48,195 nt of DNA from Spirulinaceae cyanobacterium. Lineage in GTDB: Bacteria; Cyanobacteriota; Cyanobacteriia; Cyanobacteriales; Spirulinaceae. The stretch is taken from positions 1 through 48,195 of the forward strand of contig JBMYQW010000001.1 in NCBI GenBank assembly GCA_049601735.1, written 5' to 3'. Positions 30,913 to 39,561 of the stretch are shown piece by piece. The notes beneath the pieces were generated by a model, which saw only the letters and a list, made by a program, of their open reading frames with translations, had not been told where the DNA came from and ran no database searches. The translations under genes and the position numbers were made by a program. Position 1 is the first letter of the stretch. Each line of letters begins with the position of its first letter.

Positions 30913-31413
30913 AGTGAGTCTGACCGTAAATAAGCCTTTAACCGATGATATGAATATCGCAACTCTCAACAGTGCGATCTGGCGAATAAATTTTTCCTGC
31001 TCACCTCTACGATGAGGTTTTTATTACAAAATCAGGCATTTATCTAGTTATACCAGATTTCGATATAGCCGTACTAAAGGCGGTTTTAAATGATCTTTTT
31101 CCTAGCCCAGATCCCTAAAAACCTTGATTGATAGGGGTTTCAGGTTGACGAGCAAAATTTGGTTTGTAATAAAAAAATTTTTGGCTTATTACAGCGAATT
31201 TTGAGGGTTTATGCGCATAAATGGATGAATTTCAGGATCGAGCTTTGGGCATAGCCGTTATTCTGTAATAAATTTTTTCGAGGATTTTCGAGAAAGATCC
31301 TGCATGTGTCGTGCCCGAGGAGGGCTCTGCACTGCCAAATTTGATTTCAGCGGATTGGACAACTGGCGATCGAGAAATTCAGATAATCGTTTATCACGAT
31401 TCAATGGATAGCA

Positions 31414-31677
31414 ATGCAGCAACACGGCCGGCCCCAATACAGCCGCAAAGGGAAACATCCTGGACAAGCTTGTCGCCGAGGAAAAGGGATATTTCACCAG
31501 GAAAGAAAGACAGCAATTAATTTCAGCCTGACGCCAACGGTGCAAGCGCGTTTGGGTCGGTTTGCCGATGCAGCGGGAACTTCCCGCTCGGAGCTGCTGG
31601 AGAATTTGCTCCGGCGCTTAACGGTCTCTGAGGTTTTGGCAGTCTTGGCGCAACAGGAGGGGCATGATAATTGCTGA
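31414..31677 (+). CDS. Small ribbon-helix-helix (CopG/Arc-like) protein, tentative
   Basis: 87-aa ORF with a basic N-terminus. It continues KTAINFSLTPTVQARLGRFADAAGTSRSELLENLLRRL, which fits the RHH pattern of a beta-strand followed by helix, G-x-S/T-R-S-E and helix. It lies between the Rep stop and the recombinase promoter region. The overlapping alternative ORFs (31258-31545 minus, 31311-31520 plus) show no recognisable motif. Confidence 0.45.
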   Translation: MQQHGRPQYSRKGKHPGQACRRGKGIFHQERKTAINFSLTPTVQARLGRFADAAGTSRSELLENLLRRLTVSEVLAVLAQQEGHDNC

Positions 31678-31763
31678 AGTCGGCGTAATGTCCATGTCAA
31701 AACTGCCCTGCCGGTGGGCGGAGGGACATTGGGAAAGGTTTTTGGCTTCTCCTCGGGTCTGGA

Positions 31764-34700
31764 CTAGGCGATCACCGGCTGCAATGTGCTCGATAGGGAA
31801 GTTATCCGCCAATTTTCGCAGGGAGAGGATGTTTGAACAGGCACTTGTTCCTCTTCTTTCCTCCCCCAGGCCACCCCTGGTAAAAGATATTTCATAAGGG
31901 GGGTGGCCGCTGGAGTTAATCCTTGTTGGAAGTGGTCTGGAGCTCGTTTGAGCAGTAGATCTTGCAAGGTATCAAAAGAATCCAGATGCACTTCATATCG
32001 CCGCGCCCGTTCGCCCTTGAGAGTAATCCGCTTAGAGCAGGTCTTGAGCCCATACCGCCGCAGGATTTCGCCCACAATTTGCACACCCGTCATTTTGGCA
32101 GGATTAAACCCGAGGCATAGCCGCACATCCTCAGAACAAGCCCGTGCCCGGTCTCCAACCGCTTTCACCCAAGGTGTATCCCGATACCAGCCTGCACCGG
32201 TGGCAGTTGCCTCTAGACATTTCTCTAGCAGTGCCGGAACCTCGAGGGCGATCGCCGCTTTAGCCTCGAATTCATCGCAGGGCCGGTCGTGGGGGGCGAT
32301 TGGTTGGTTCCAGCGGGTCAAGAGGGCCAGCTGGGCATCATCCTTTGCTTGTGCCAGTCCCTCCCAGAGCAGGTTCTCCAGTCGTGAGACATTGCGCCGG
32401 TAGCGACCCTTGCCATCAGCTTTAACCGCCTCGGGGGTGAGGGTCTCGGGGTGGATGTGGAAGAAGTCGCAAATCTTGAAGCGTTCTAGTTGCAGGGATT
32501 CAGCATGAGTGAGGGAGAGCTTCTCCTGTAAGGCTTTGGCGCGATCGCCATTAATGATGAGGGAGTCCACCACCTCAGGGAAATAGCGATCGCGCACCGC
32601 TTGAAGCCATCCCTGCCAGCGCTGGGCAGCAGCATCCGCCGCGCCGGTGGGAGTCCCGAGAGTCACGGTATGACCTGCGGCTTCGAGTCCTGCCTGGAGA
32701 TATGCGCCGAAATCTGCCATGGCTCGGTTTCGGGCAGCAGCTGCGGTTGCGATGTAGGCGGTGATCGCCTCGTGCTGGAGTGCAAACGAGCGGCCGGTGG
32801 CTTGGGTGTAGCGGCTTTCTTGACGGTCAAGATTCCTCTGGTAATCCCTGGCGTTGGTCGCACCGTTTTGATCCTTTACTCCCCGCGCCGCTGCAAAGAC
32901 GATTCGGGGCACGGCGGGACGACAGCGGGCGAGCTGCTGGATGGCGTCATTGGGGGCAATGGTCTTGCCCTCGAACAATCCCCCCACAAAATCAAAATAC
33001 TCCTCCTCAATGTTGATGCCGGAGGTCAGGGAGCTGTTGTGAATGACCAGGACGATGCCATGTTCCCTGAGCCATTTGGCCTTATCTTTGGCATCCAGGA
33101 ATGACTGCTGGAGTTTATTGCCCGAGGTTTCCCTGGTGATGGTCAGGATCGCTTCGGGGGGAACGCCGAGGGATTCAGCCATGAGCCTGAGTGCCTTAGC
33201 ACTAATGCGTTGGTCGCAGGCAATAATGCCAAATTCGCCGCGCCGGATACGGGTTTCAATCTCAGCGATCGCCGCGCCCCGTGCCTGCTTCTGAGCACCA
33301 GGGGCAGAGTCGTGGGTATAGAGGGTGATGGGATAAGCATTACCCTGGTAGTCGTTTTGCAGAATCCAGGGCTGCTCCTGCCGTAGAGCTACGAGGAGCT
33401 TAATATCCTGAGCTGAGAGCGTGCCAGATGCCGCAATCACCAGCCGCGCCCCATGAATCCGGTCAATGCCCCGTGCCACAATTCCGGGCCGCTTGCCGCC
33501 TTTTGCAACGGTTGCACCCTTGAGCAGATGCCAGAATCCCTGGTCTACCTCGTCGAGCACCAGAATGTACGAGCCATCGGGGAATAGCAGTGCCGGAACC
33601 TTCAGCAGCGAATCCCAGCAGAGGGAGACCCGCTTGGTGGGTAGCCCAGCTCGACTGATGATGTAGCCGCCGCCGAGATCAACTTCGCCGATGTATTCCA
33701 ACCCCAGACTTGTGGCCAAAGCGGTTTGCAAGCTGGCCCGATGACCTGGGGCTATCACCGCTTCGCAGTCAGCGATCAGCTTTTCAATGAGTTTGGTTTT
33801 CCCGGTTCCCAGTCCGCTGTGCAGAATGACAATTCCTTCGTTTTGGATGCTCTCTGGGGCGATCGCTGCGCCGAGGCAAGGGACATTCACCCGTAGGTTG
33901 GGTTGATACTTGCCGAGGGGGTTCTTTACTGCATTCCGTGCCTTGTAGAGCGCGTAGAGAGTTGCACCGGCGATCGCCTTCTCCATCGCTGCTGGCCCAG
34001 ACTTGGCAATCAAGTCATCCAGTCCCTTACCTTGCCTTGGCTGCCATTGAGCCACGGAGAGCACTGCCCCCCTGGAGCCGATTGCCCCACGGAGAATGCC
34101 GATGCCCTGTTTGACTGCTTTTTTGGCGCTGCCTTTGGTGTCGGCATCGAAGGCGACGCTAATGAGCCGTCCTGGTGTGAGGAAGGGGACGAGGTCTTCA
34201 GAGCGACCGCATTTGCAACCATAGAGGGCGATCGCGATGTATCCCTGAGAGAGTGCTGCGAGGGCTTTTTTGGCCCCTTCGGTGATGACGAGCGGCAGCT
34301 CGGGGTGGGTTTCAACCCATGCCCAAAAGCTGCCATGGTCAGTGATTTCTGAGGAGACAGATTTGAAGTTGAGGCTGTGGCGATCGCAGATGAGCTTCAA
34401 TACCGCATCGGGGATGGGCGGCAGATACGCCCGGTTCCCAATGCCCTTAGGGGCAAGGTATTTTCCGCGCCGCCCGTCGGCCTGGAGAACCCCCAGCTCC
34501 CGCTTTACCTGCCAGACGGAACTATCCTCGTTTCGGAAGATCAAGCCTTGTTCGTTGGCTTTTGCCTGCCGACCGAATCGGGTATATCGCTTGCCCAGTG
34601 CATCGTCTAGGGGGGTGGCGATCGGTTCTCTGGTGGTGGGGTGGTACTCGATCTCCTTAGCAATCTCGACTGCTCTGCCGATGAAGCTGGGATGGATTGC

Positions 34701-34820
34701 GGATTGTTCCAGCTCTAGTTCGGGAGATTCTGGTGGGTGTGGTGAGCCTGGTTTGGAGGGTTCTGAAGGGAGTCCAATTGTCCGCCTTAAAGCGGCATCA
34801 CAGTTTTGGAGGCGAGTCAT
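31764..34820 (-). CDS. Plasmid replication protein of the cyanobacterial CyRepA type: Toprim-like DUF3854 domain plus a P-loop helicase/NTPase
   Basis: 1018-aa ORF. The Toprim-like block reads LPLVITEGAKKALAALSQGYIAIALYGCKCG...SVAFDADTKGSAKKAV...GKGLDDL. Walker A is HSGLGTGKTK and Walker B is ILVLDEVDQ. Similarity to Synechocystis pSYSA Slr7037-type Rep proteins is from memory and not searched. Confidence 0.72.
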   Translation of the reverse strand: MTRLQNCDAALRRTIGLPSEPSKPGSPHPPESPELELEQSAIHPSFIGRAVEIAKEIEYHPTTREPIATPLDDALGKRYTRFGRQAKANEQGLIFRNEDSSVWQVKRELGVLQADGRRGKYLAPKGIGNRAYLPPIPDAVLKLICDRHSLNFKSVSSEITDHGSFWAWVETHPELPLVITEGAKKALAALSQGYIAIALYGCKCGRSEDLVPFLTPGRLISVAFDADTKGSAKKAVKQGIGILRGAIGSRGAVLSVAQWQPRQGKGLDDLIAKSGPAAMEKAIAGATLYALYKARNAVKNPLGKYQPNLRVNVPCLGAAIAPESIQNEGIVILHSGLGTGKTKLIEKLIADCEAVIAPGHRASLQTALATSLGLEYIGEVDLGGGYIISRAGLPTKRVSLCWDSLLKVPALLFPDGSYILVLDEVDQGFWHLLKGATVAKGGKRPGIVARGIDRIHGARLVIAASGTLSAQDIKLLVALRQEQPWILQNDYQGNAYPITLYTHDSAPGAQKQARGAAIAEIETRIRRGEFGIIACDQRISAKALRLMAESLGVPPEAILTITRETSGNKLQQSFLDAKDKAKWLREHGIVLVIHNSSLTSGINIEEEYFDFVGGLFEGKTIAPNDAIQQLARCRPAVPRIVFAAARGVKDQNGATNARDYQRNLDRQESRYTQATGRSFALQHEAITAYIATAAAARNRAMADFGAYLQAGLEAAGHTVTLGTPTGAADAAAQRWQGWLQAVRDRYFPEVVDSLIINGDRAKALQEKLSLTHAESLQLERFKICDFFHIHPETLTPEAVKADGKGRYRRNVSRLENLLWEGLAQAKDDAQLALLTRWNQPIAPHDRPCDEFEAKAAIALEVPALLEKCLEATATGAGWYRDTPWVKAVGDRARACSEDVRLCLGFNPAKMTGVQIVGEILRRYGLKTCSKRITLKGERARRYEVHLDSFDTLQDLLLKRAPDHFQQGLTPAATPLMKYLLPGVAWGRKEEEQVPVQTSSPCENWRITSLSSTLQPVIA

Positions 34821-35131
34821 ACCGTCACCCCCTGCTGGTCTGATGTTTGTGTCGTCACTATTGTTTGGAGCGTAAGGGATGCCCTAGTATCTAAATCCGC
34901 CTCCTGGCAACTGTAGATTTGAGCGATTTTCCTTGCCCTTAGCCCATCATCAAATGCTGAAAACCCCAGCAGAGAGTGGGATACAGCGTTTTTGTAAATT
35001 TGTGGATTTTTGGTCTCTTTGGCGAAGCGCACAGATGCAGGAGCTGCGCTAGGCTGTGCGACGCCATTTGCATCCGTAACCCGATGGATGCTGCTGGTTT
35101 GCGGGTTGCCAGCGCCCTCATGAATTTTCAT
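34817..35131 (-). CDS. Hypothetical 104-aa protein, translationally coupled to the Rep gene
   Basis: The ATG is at 35131-35129. Its stop overlaps the Rep ATG by 4 nt (ATGA at 34820-34817). No recognisable motif. Confidence 0.4.
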   Translation of the reverse strand: MKIHEGAGNPQTSSIHRVTDANGVAQPSAAPASVRFAKETKNPQIYKNAVSHSLLGFSAFDDGLRARKIAQIYSCQEADLDTRASLTLQTIVTTQTSDQQGVTV

Positions 35132-35601
35132 GGGAAGCTCTATCTCAGCAACGCAGACTTGCTTAAAAAGTCAGGTTGTCTGGGGAAAAATGGACATGAC
35201 AAACTCTCCCCGTGAGCAAGATGCCGTGCTAAGATAGGCACACGGTTGCAAGCCCAAAGGGTATGCTGCCGGCTCCAGAGTTAAGGAGCGGCTAAAATGA
35301 ATAGCTTTTCTTTTGAGGAGTAATCGCTAGCAGTCCCGCCAAAGACATAAGCGATTGCTTCTCTTGCTATTTAGGGGTGTTGAGCATGGAAATCGGGTTC
35401 TATAGGCACTTCTCCTAGTTATTGATACAAAGATTCGATTCAAGGATCATACCCTCTTTGCTGGGGAATCGTGCGGTTGATGTTGAATCAATCAATTGAT
35501 TTCTCTGTATTAAATTGGGATGGAGAGGTGTGATCTTGCATTGTCCAGATACCAGTCAGCCGTGAGCATCTTGGCGATCGCCTCCACAGCTTTGTCCTTC
35601 A

Positions 35602-36267
35602 CTACAAATCCTCAGGATTAACACCCAGCTCCCGCAGTTTGGCGAAGGCGCGATCGCGTTCGGCTTGAGCGACCTCTTCCCCCAGAGCGAATGCTTCAGG
35701 GTCTTTGAATGGCTTACCGTTCGGGTGGAATACGGCCAAGCCGTCCTCAAGCATCTCGAACCGAATCCCCAGTAGGGGGGAAGTCCAAGGCAGATTGGCG
35801 GGAATGACAGCACTTGGGGAATCTGTTGTATTCTCTCGCGCCAGTCCCCAGAACTCATGGGAATCCGGATCGTAGAAGTACATCTCCAGAACACCGTGTT
35901 TGATGTAAAACCCTTGCTTGGCAAACATTTCCGCTACGGTGTTGCTGGGTGAAATGATTTCAAAAACCACCTGGGGGGCGACGCCATCCTCTTTCCACTG
36001 CTGATAGCTGCCGCGATCGCCCTCGGGACGCCCCAAGACCACCATGGCATCTGGGGCCTGACGGGGTGCGGTTTCCCCTTTGCCAACTTGAACGGGATAC
36101 CAAAGCAAGTCTCCAGCGACAAATGCAGTTTGGTCTTTGAGCAGGTGTCTCAGGTTGGTGACAAGACGGGTAATCCATTGATACTGCTTAGTATTGTCAG
36201 CCATGGGTTTGCCATCTGAGTCGGGGTATTGGGTTTCGAGTTCGGGTCTGATGGGGGTTTGAACCAT
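35602..36267 (-). CDS. Uma2-family (DUF820) PD-(D/E)xK-like endonuclease, copy 1
   Basis: 221 aa. Family-typical strings are YPDSDGKPMADNTKQYQWI, AFVAGDLLWYP, PDAMVVLGRPEGDRGSYQQWKEDGVAPQVVFEIISPSN and GVLEMYFYDP. Confidence 0.8.
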   Translation of the reverse strand: MVQTPIRPELETQYPDSDGKPMADNTKQYQWITRLVTNLRHLLKDQTAFVAGDLLWYPVQVGKGETAPRQAPDAMVVLGRPEGDRGSYQQWKEDGVAPQVVFEIISPSNTVAEMFAKQGFYIKHGVLEMYFYDPDSHEFWGLARENTTDSPSAVIPANLPWTSPLLGIRFEMLEDGLAVFHPNGKPFKDPEAFALGEEVAQAERDRAFAKLRELGVNPEDL

Positions 36268-36375
36268 GGGTTTGAGTTCTCCGTTTCGGGTAGTCTATTT
36301 GCATGAGGCTTCTTCTCTTGAATGGCGCAATCGCTGATCTGAACCATTGCATCGAAGTACCTTTAGCTGTGGTGG

Positions 36376-37086
36376 TCATTTCAAATCCTCAGGATTGACA
36401 CCCAGCTCCCGCAGTTTGGCAAAAGCGCGATCGCGTTCGGTCTCGGTCTGTCCAAGTTTGGCTTCGGTCTGGGTGAGCTGGGCTTTAGCCTCGTTTCGTT
36501 CTTTCGCCAACTCAGAAAAAGTCTTGAAGGGCTCTCCATTGGGGTAGAACATCTCTAAGCCATCCTCCTGCATCTCGAACCGAATCCCCAGCAGGGGTGA
36601 AGTCCAAGGCAGATTGGCGGGAATGACAGCGATTGGGGAATCTGTTGCATTCTCTCGCGCCAGTCCCCAGAACTCATGGGAATCCGGATCGTAGAAGTAC
36701 ATCTCCAGAACACCGTGTTTGATGTAAAACCCTTGCTTGGCAAACATTTCCGCTGCGGTGTTGCTGGGTGAAATGATTTCAAAAACCACCTGGGGGGCGA
36801 CGCCATCCTCTTTCCACTGCTGATAGCTGCCGCGATCGCCCTCGGGACGCCCCAAGACCACCATGGCATCTGGGGCTTGTCTGGGTGCGGTTTCCCCCTT
36901 TTCGACTTGAACGGGATACCACAGCAAGTCTCCGGCGACAAATGCGGTTTGGTCTTCGAGCAGTAGTTTCAAGTTCTCGACAATGCGGACAATCCACTGG
37001 TACTGCTTCGTGTTGTCAGCCATGGGTTTACCGTCTGAGTCGGGGTAGAGGGTTTCAATTTCGGTTTTGATGGGGGTTTGAACCAT
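36376..37086 (-). CDS. Uma2-family (DUF820) PD-(D/E)xK-like endonuclease, copy 2, with a longer C-terminal coiled-coil tail
   Basis: 236 aa, with the same motifs as copy 1. The extra C-terminal segment reads FSELAKERNEAKAQLTQTEAKLGQTETERDRAFAKLRELGVNPEDLK. Confidence 0.8.
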   Translation of the reverse strand: MVQTPIKTEIETLYPDSDGKPMADNTKQYQWIVRIVENLKLLLEDQTAFVAGDLLWYPVQVEKGETAPRQAPDAMVVLGRPEGDRGSYQQWKEDGVAPQVVFEIISPSNTAAEMFAKQGFYIKHGVLEMYFYDPDSHEFWGLARENATDSPIAVIPANLPWTSPLLGIRFEMQEDGLEMFYPNGEPFKTFSELAKERNEAKAQLTQTEAKLGQTETERDRAFAKLRELGVNPEDLK

Positions 37087-37091
37087 GGGTT

Positions 37092-37649
37092 TTAGTTCTT
37101 CGTTTCGGGTAGTTTGTAAGGGTCATGTCCTAGCTGCCGGAGCCGTTCGAGGAAGCGATCGCGCTCCCATCGGATTTCGTCGTCAATGGCCATCCCCTCC
37201 CCAACGTCTTGGAGAAACCGCCACATTTCATCAATCTGGGTTTGTAGCCGTTGGTTCCGCTCGGACTCGCTGCGCTCGACACCAAAGGCTGCGTCAAAGC
37301 GGCGTTCTAGGGTTTCGGGGGCGATCGCCATCACCAAAGCCATCGCCTCTTTATTCCCTTTTGAACATTCCCAGACCCAGTAGGCAGTGACAACGTTAAG
37401 CGGTAAGGCGTTGAACCGGGTTTGCCCACGATAATCTGACTCAACCTCTAAAGTGACGGCCGTGTACTCTTTACCCAGTAAGGTTTTGATGCCCTTTGAT
37501 CCCAAAAAGCGACGGGCGCTCGATTCGGGCTTGCTGATGCACTCAGCCGCCTGGGTCTGACTCAGCCGATAGGAGCCATCGGGTAGCATATAGCCCTCTA
37601 AGGTACGGCTGCCAAGTTGAATTTGAGCGCGTTTGGCTTTGATCGTCAT
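37092..37649 (-). CDS. Conserved hypothetical 185-aa protein, possibly DNA-binding and P63C-like (very tentative)
   Basis: The ORF is in the operon. Its start overlaps the upstream gene's stop (ATGA at 37649-37646), and its stop lies 5 nt before the Uma2 copy 2 start. The sequence reads LEGYMLPDGSYRLSQTQAAECISKPESSARRFLGSKGIKTLLG. The family name is a weak recollection. Confidence 0.55.
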   Translation of the reverse strand: MTIKAKRAQIQLGSRTLEGYMLPDGSYRLSQTQAAECISKPESSARRFLGSKGIKTLLGKEYTAVTLEVESDYRGQTRFNALPLNVVTAYWVWECSKGNKEAMALVMAIAPETLERRFDAAFGVERSESERNQRLQTQIDEMWRFLQDVGEGMAIDDEIRWERDRFLERLRQLGHDPYKLPETKN

Positions 37650-37966
37650 TGTTTGAATGCCTCATCAAACTTTTGAGTCAGCCCGCCCTGAACGTAGGTA
37701 ATGCAGTTTTGAATCGCCTCATCCTGCCCCAGTCGCACGTTCATCAGCAGTGGCATGGGGTTGTCACATTCACCTCCTGCATGGATGCATTCCAATATGA
37801 GTGATTCGGTTTTAGGGTTGCCTTCGTAATATTGCCAAGTCCAAAGCGATGCAGTGGCCCACAAGTTGCAGGTGGCTTCTTGTCTGCCGTCTTCGGTCTC
37901 AACAATTTGGCCCCACTCGGCGAGGGGATGGCGGAATTTTGGGGGGATGTTGTCAAAATCAGTCAT
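37646..37966 (-). CDS. Hypothetical 106-aa protein
   Basis: ORF in an operon context on the minus strand with a 4-nt overlap to the downstream gene. No motif recognised. Confidence 0.5.
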   Translation of the reverse strand: MTDFDNIPPKFRHPLAEWGQIVETEDGRQEATCNLWATASLWTWQYYEGNPKTESLILECIHAGGECDNPMPLLMNVRLGQDEAIQNCITYVQGGLTQKFDEAFKQ

Positions 37967-37997
37967 GGTGCGGAGTGCTCCACTCAGATGAGAGTGT

Positions 37998-38351
37998 TTA
38001 TGATTCAGTGTCTACGGCGTCATGCCGATCCGGGTCTAAATCTGCAACAGGACTGACGCCTCCCTTCATAGCCTCCGAAATTAGCTGATCTACCTTGTCT
38101 GGATCAGTATAAATTAACTCTAAAAAATCACGTCGAGACAATCCGCAGCTATCGGCGTAGAACCCAACTTCACCCATAATCCGGGTTTCACTCTGCCGTA
38201 GATACATTGATAAGCAGTGATGCGCTTGGGTTGTGCGTTTGCGTTGGGTACGAAAATAGGAGAGCGCTGCCAATAGGCGATCCTCGTATGGAGCTAGGGG
38301 ACGCAAGTGTAGTCGTTTTGGTTCTGTGCTGTCTTTTTGAGGTTGGGGCAT
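37998..38351 (-). CDS. Hypothetical 117-aa protein
   Basis: ORF in the minus-strand operon, between the RHH gene and the 106-aa gene. No motif recognised. Confidence 0.45.
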   Translation of the reverse strand: MPQPQKDSTEPKRLHLRPLAPYEDRLLAALSYFRTQRKRTTQAHHCLSMYLRQSETRIMGEVGFYADSCGLSRRDFLELIYTDPDKVDQLISEAMKGGVSPVADLDPDRHDAVDTES

Positions 38352-38411
38352 TAGTAGCTTTTGTGAATTCCTCGAAGAAGATTACGAGGCGCGGATGAGA
38401 GTGAAGAGTGA

Positions 38412-38603
38412 TTATGATTTTTGCTTCACTCCCGATCTTTGCTCAACCCAAGCTCGGATAGCTGCCTCTAAACCTTCAGAAACACCTAGCTGTTCTTTGA
38501 GGCACTCAATTTTGAACTGGGTTGCCAATTCATTTGGGATATGTCCCGCTAGTTGTGAATAATTCGGGTCGTCTCGTTTGGCGACCATAGCTGTATTGTC
38601 CAT
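38412..38603 (-). CDS. Small ribbon-helix-helix-like regulator (63 aa), first gene of the minus-strand operon
   Basis: This is track ORF 38412-38618, which starts on TTG. The ATG at 38603 gives MDNTAMVAKRDDPNYSQLAGHIPNELATQFKIECLKEQLGVSEGLEAAIRAWVEQ. This fits a short beta-strand followed by two helices. It lies directly downstream of a 13-bp inverted repeat. Confidence 0.5.
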   Translation of the reverse strand: MDNTAMVAKRDDPNYSQLAGHIPNELATQFKIECLKEQLGVSEGLEAAIRAWVEQRSGVKQKS

Positions 38604-38651
38604 CGCTCTATTCCTCAAATTATGTCATTACTTCGTGCATGAGCGTTTATC

Positions 38652-38693
38652 TTGCACTCTAGAACTCTAGCACGCTAGTATTCTAGAGTGCAA
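38652..38693. promoter_or_regulatory. Candidate operator: perfect 13-bp inverted repeat in the divergent promoter region
   Basis: ttgcactctagaa (38652-38664) and ttctagagtgcaa (38681-38693) are exact reverse complements, separated by 16 bp (ctctagcacgctagta). The site lies between the divergent starts at 38603 (minus) and 38775 (plus). Confidence 0.5.
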
Positions 38694-38774
38694 AGCAAGT
38701 AGTTACTAAGTGTTTTTTTTCCAAAACCCGCACAAACCACTTACCACTGCCCTTTGATGTAGACACACCAAGGA

Positions 38775-39101
38775 ATGGAGGTGATCACCCTGCCAACATC
38801 AAACCCCGTAGCAACCCCTTACCGACCCCTTAAGAGTCAACGCGCTCGAATTGCCCAGACCTACGGCATATCAGCCGATACGCTGCGTCGCTGGGTGAGA
38901 TTTGCCGAAGAATGCTGCCTTGATTGGTGGCGCGTTTGCCCCGGTAAAAAAACGCCCCGATTTCTACACCCCTATCAACGTGCAGTGATCGAATGGATTC
39001 TGAGCAATCGGGACAAGGGGAGCGAATGGCTTGAACACGCATTACTGCACGATGAACGCCTTACTTACCAGGCATTTCAACAAACCCAAACCTTCACATG
39101 A
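38775..39101 (+). CDS. Hypothetical 108-aa protein with a helix-turn-helix-like segment
   Basis: ATG ORF, first gene of the plus-strand operon. The segment RARIAQTYGISADTLRRWVRFAEE looks like an HTH. Confidence 0.5.
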   Translation: MEVITLPTSNPVATPYRPLKSQRARIAQTYGISADTLRRWVRFAEECCLDWWRVCPGKKTPRFLHPYQRAVIEWILSNRDKGSEWLEHALLHDERLTYQAFQQTQTFT

Positions 39102-39113
39102 GGATCAAGAACC

Positions 39114-39491
39114 ATGACCCAAAACGGAACCCTAGAAACCGTTAAATTCCTACCCGCCGACCTCGCTAAGGAGCTGAACTGCACCGAAAACGAGATCCGC
39201 ATTGCCGCCAAGAAACACAACCTCAGCGCACCCTATACCGCCGGAGAAGCCGACACTATTCGCCTAGAACTGGCTCCCCCCGAGCAAACCCAATCCGCAC
39301 CGGCTGCACTCGCTCCCCAGGAAAACGCCGCGCCAGTCACCACCCCTGAAACCGTCACCAGCCCCGCCTTTGGAATGTTTTGTGATGCCCTGCAACAGGA
39401 GATCACTCAGCACCTAACCACAGAGATGCAGCGCCGGATGCCTGAGATCAAGACTGCCGTGATAGACGCGGTGATGCCCACACAGCAATAG
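39114..39491 (+). CDS. Hypothetical 125-aa protein with a Pro/Ala/Thr-rich middle
   Basis: ATG ORF 12 nt after the previous stop. No motif recognised. Confidence 0.45.
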   Translation: MTQNGTLETVKFLPADLAKELNCTENEIRIAAKKHNLSAPYTAGEADTIRLELAPPEQTQSAPAALAPQENAAPVTTPETVTSPAFGMFCDALQQEITQHLTTEMQRRMPEIKTAVIDAVMPTQQ

Positions 39492-39561
39492 AGCCAAGCC
39501 GCTTTCTCACCACCGCTTGACTCTATTGCTTACCCGAGGGGCTTTTCAGCCCTCATTACCT

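Larger units (their letters stand above)
35602..37130 (-). repeat. Tandem duplication (819-bp register) comprising the two Uma2 genes and their leaders
   Basis: 35830-36056 and 36649-36875 (227 bp) differ at a single base by my reading (gctacgg versus gctgcgg). The flanks are clearly more diverged. The leader gggtttgaaccatgggtt(t/g)(t/a)agttct(t/c)cgtttcgggtag is duplicated too. Confidence 0.85.

Noticed and set aside
35132-35601. A possible origin or operator upstream of the rep operon, including the 12-bp palindrome aatcaattgatt (35490-35501) and a weak hairpin near 35223-35244.
   Set aside because: It is a single short AT-rich palindrome with no iterons or repeated motif that I could find. 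This is too weak to call, although an origin in this region cannot be excluded.
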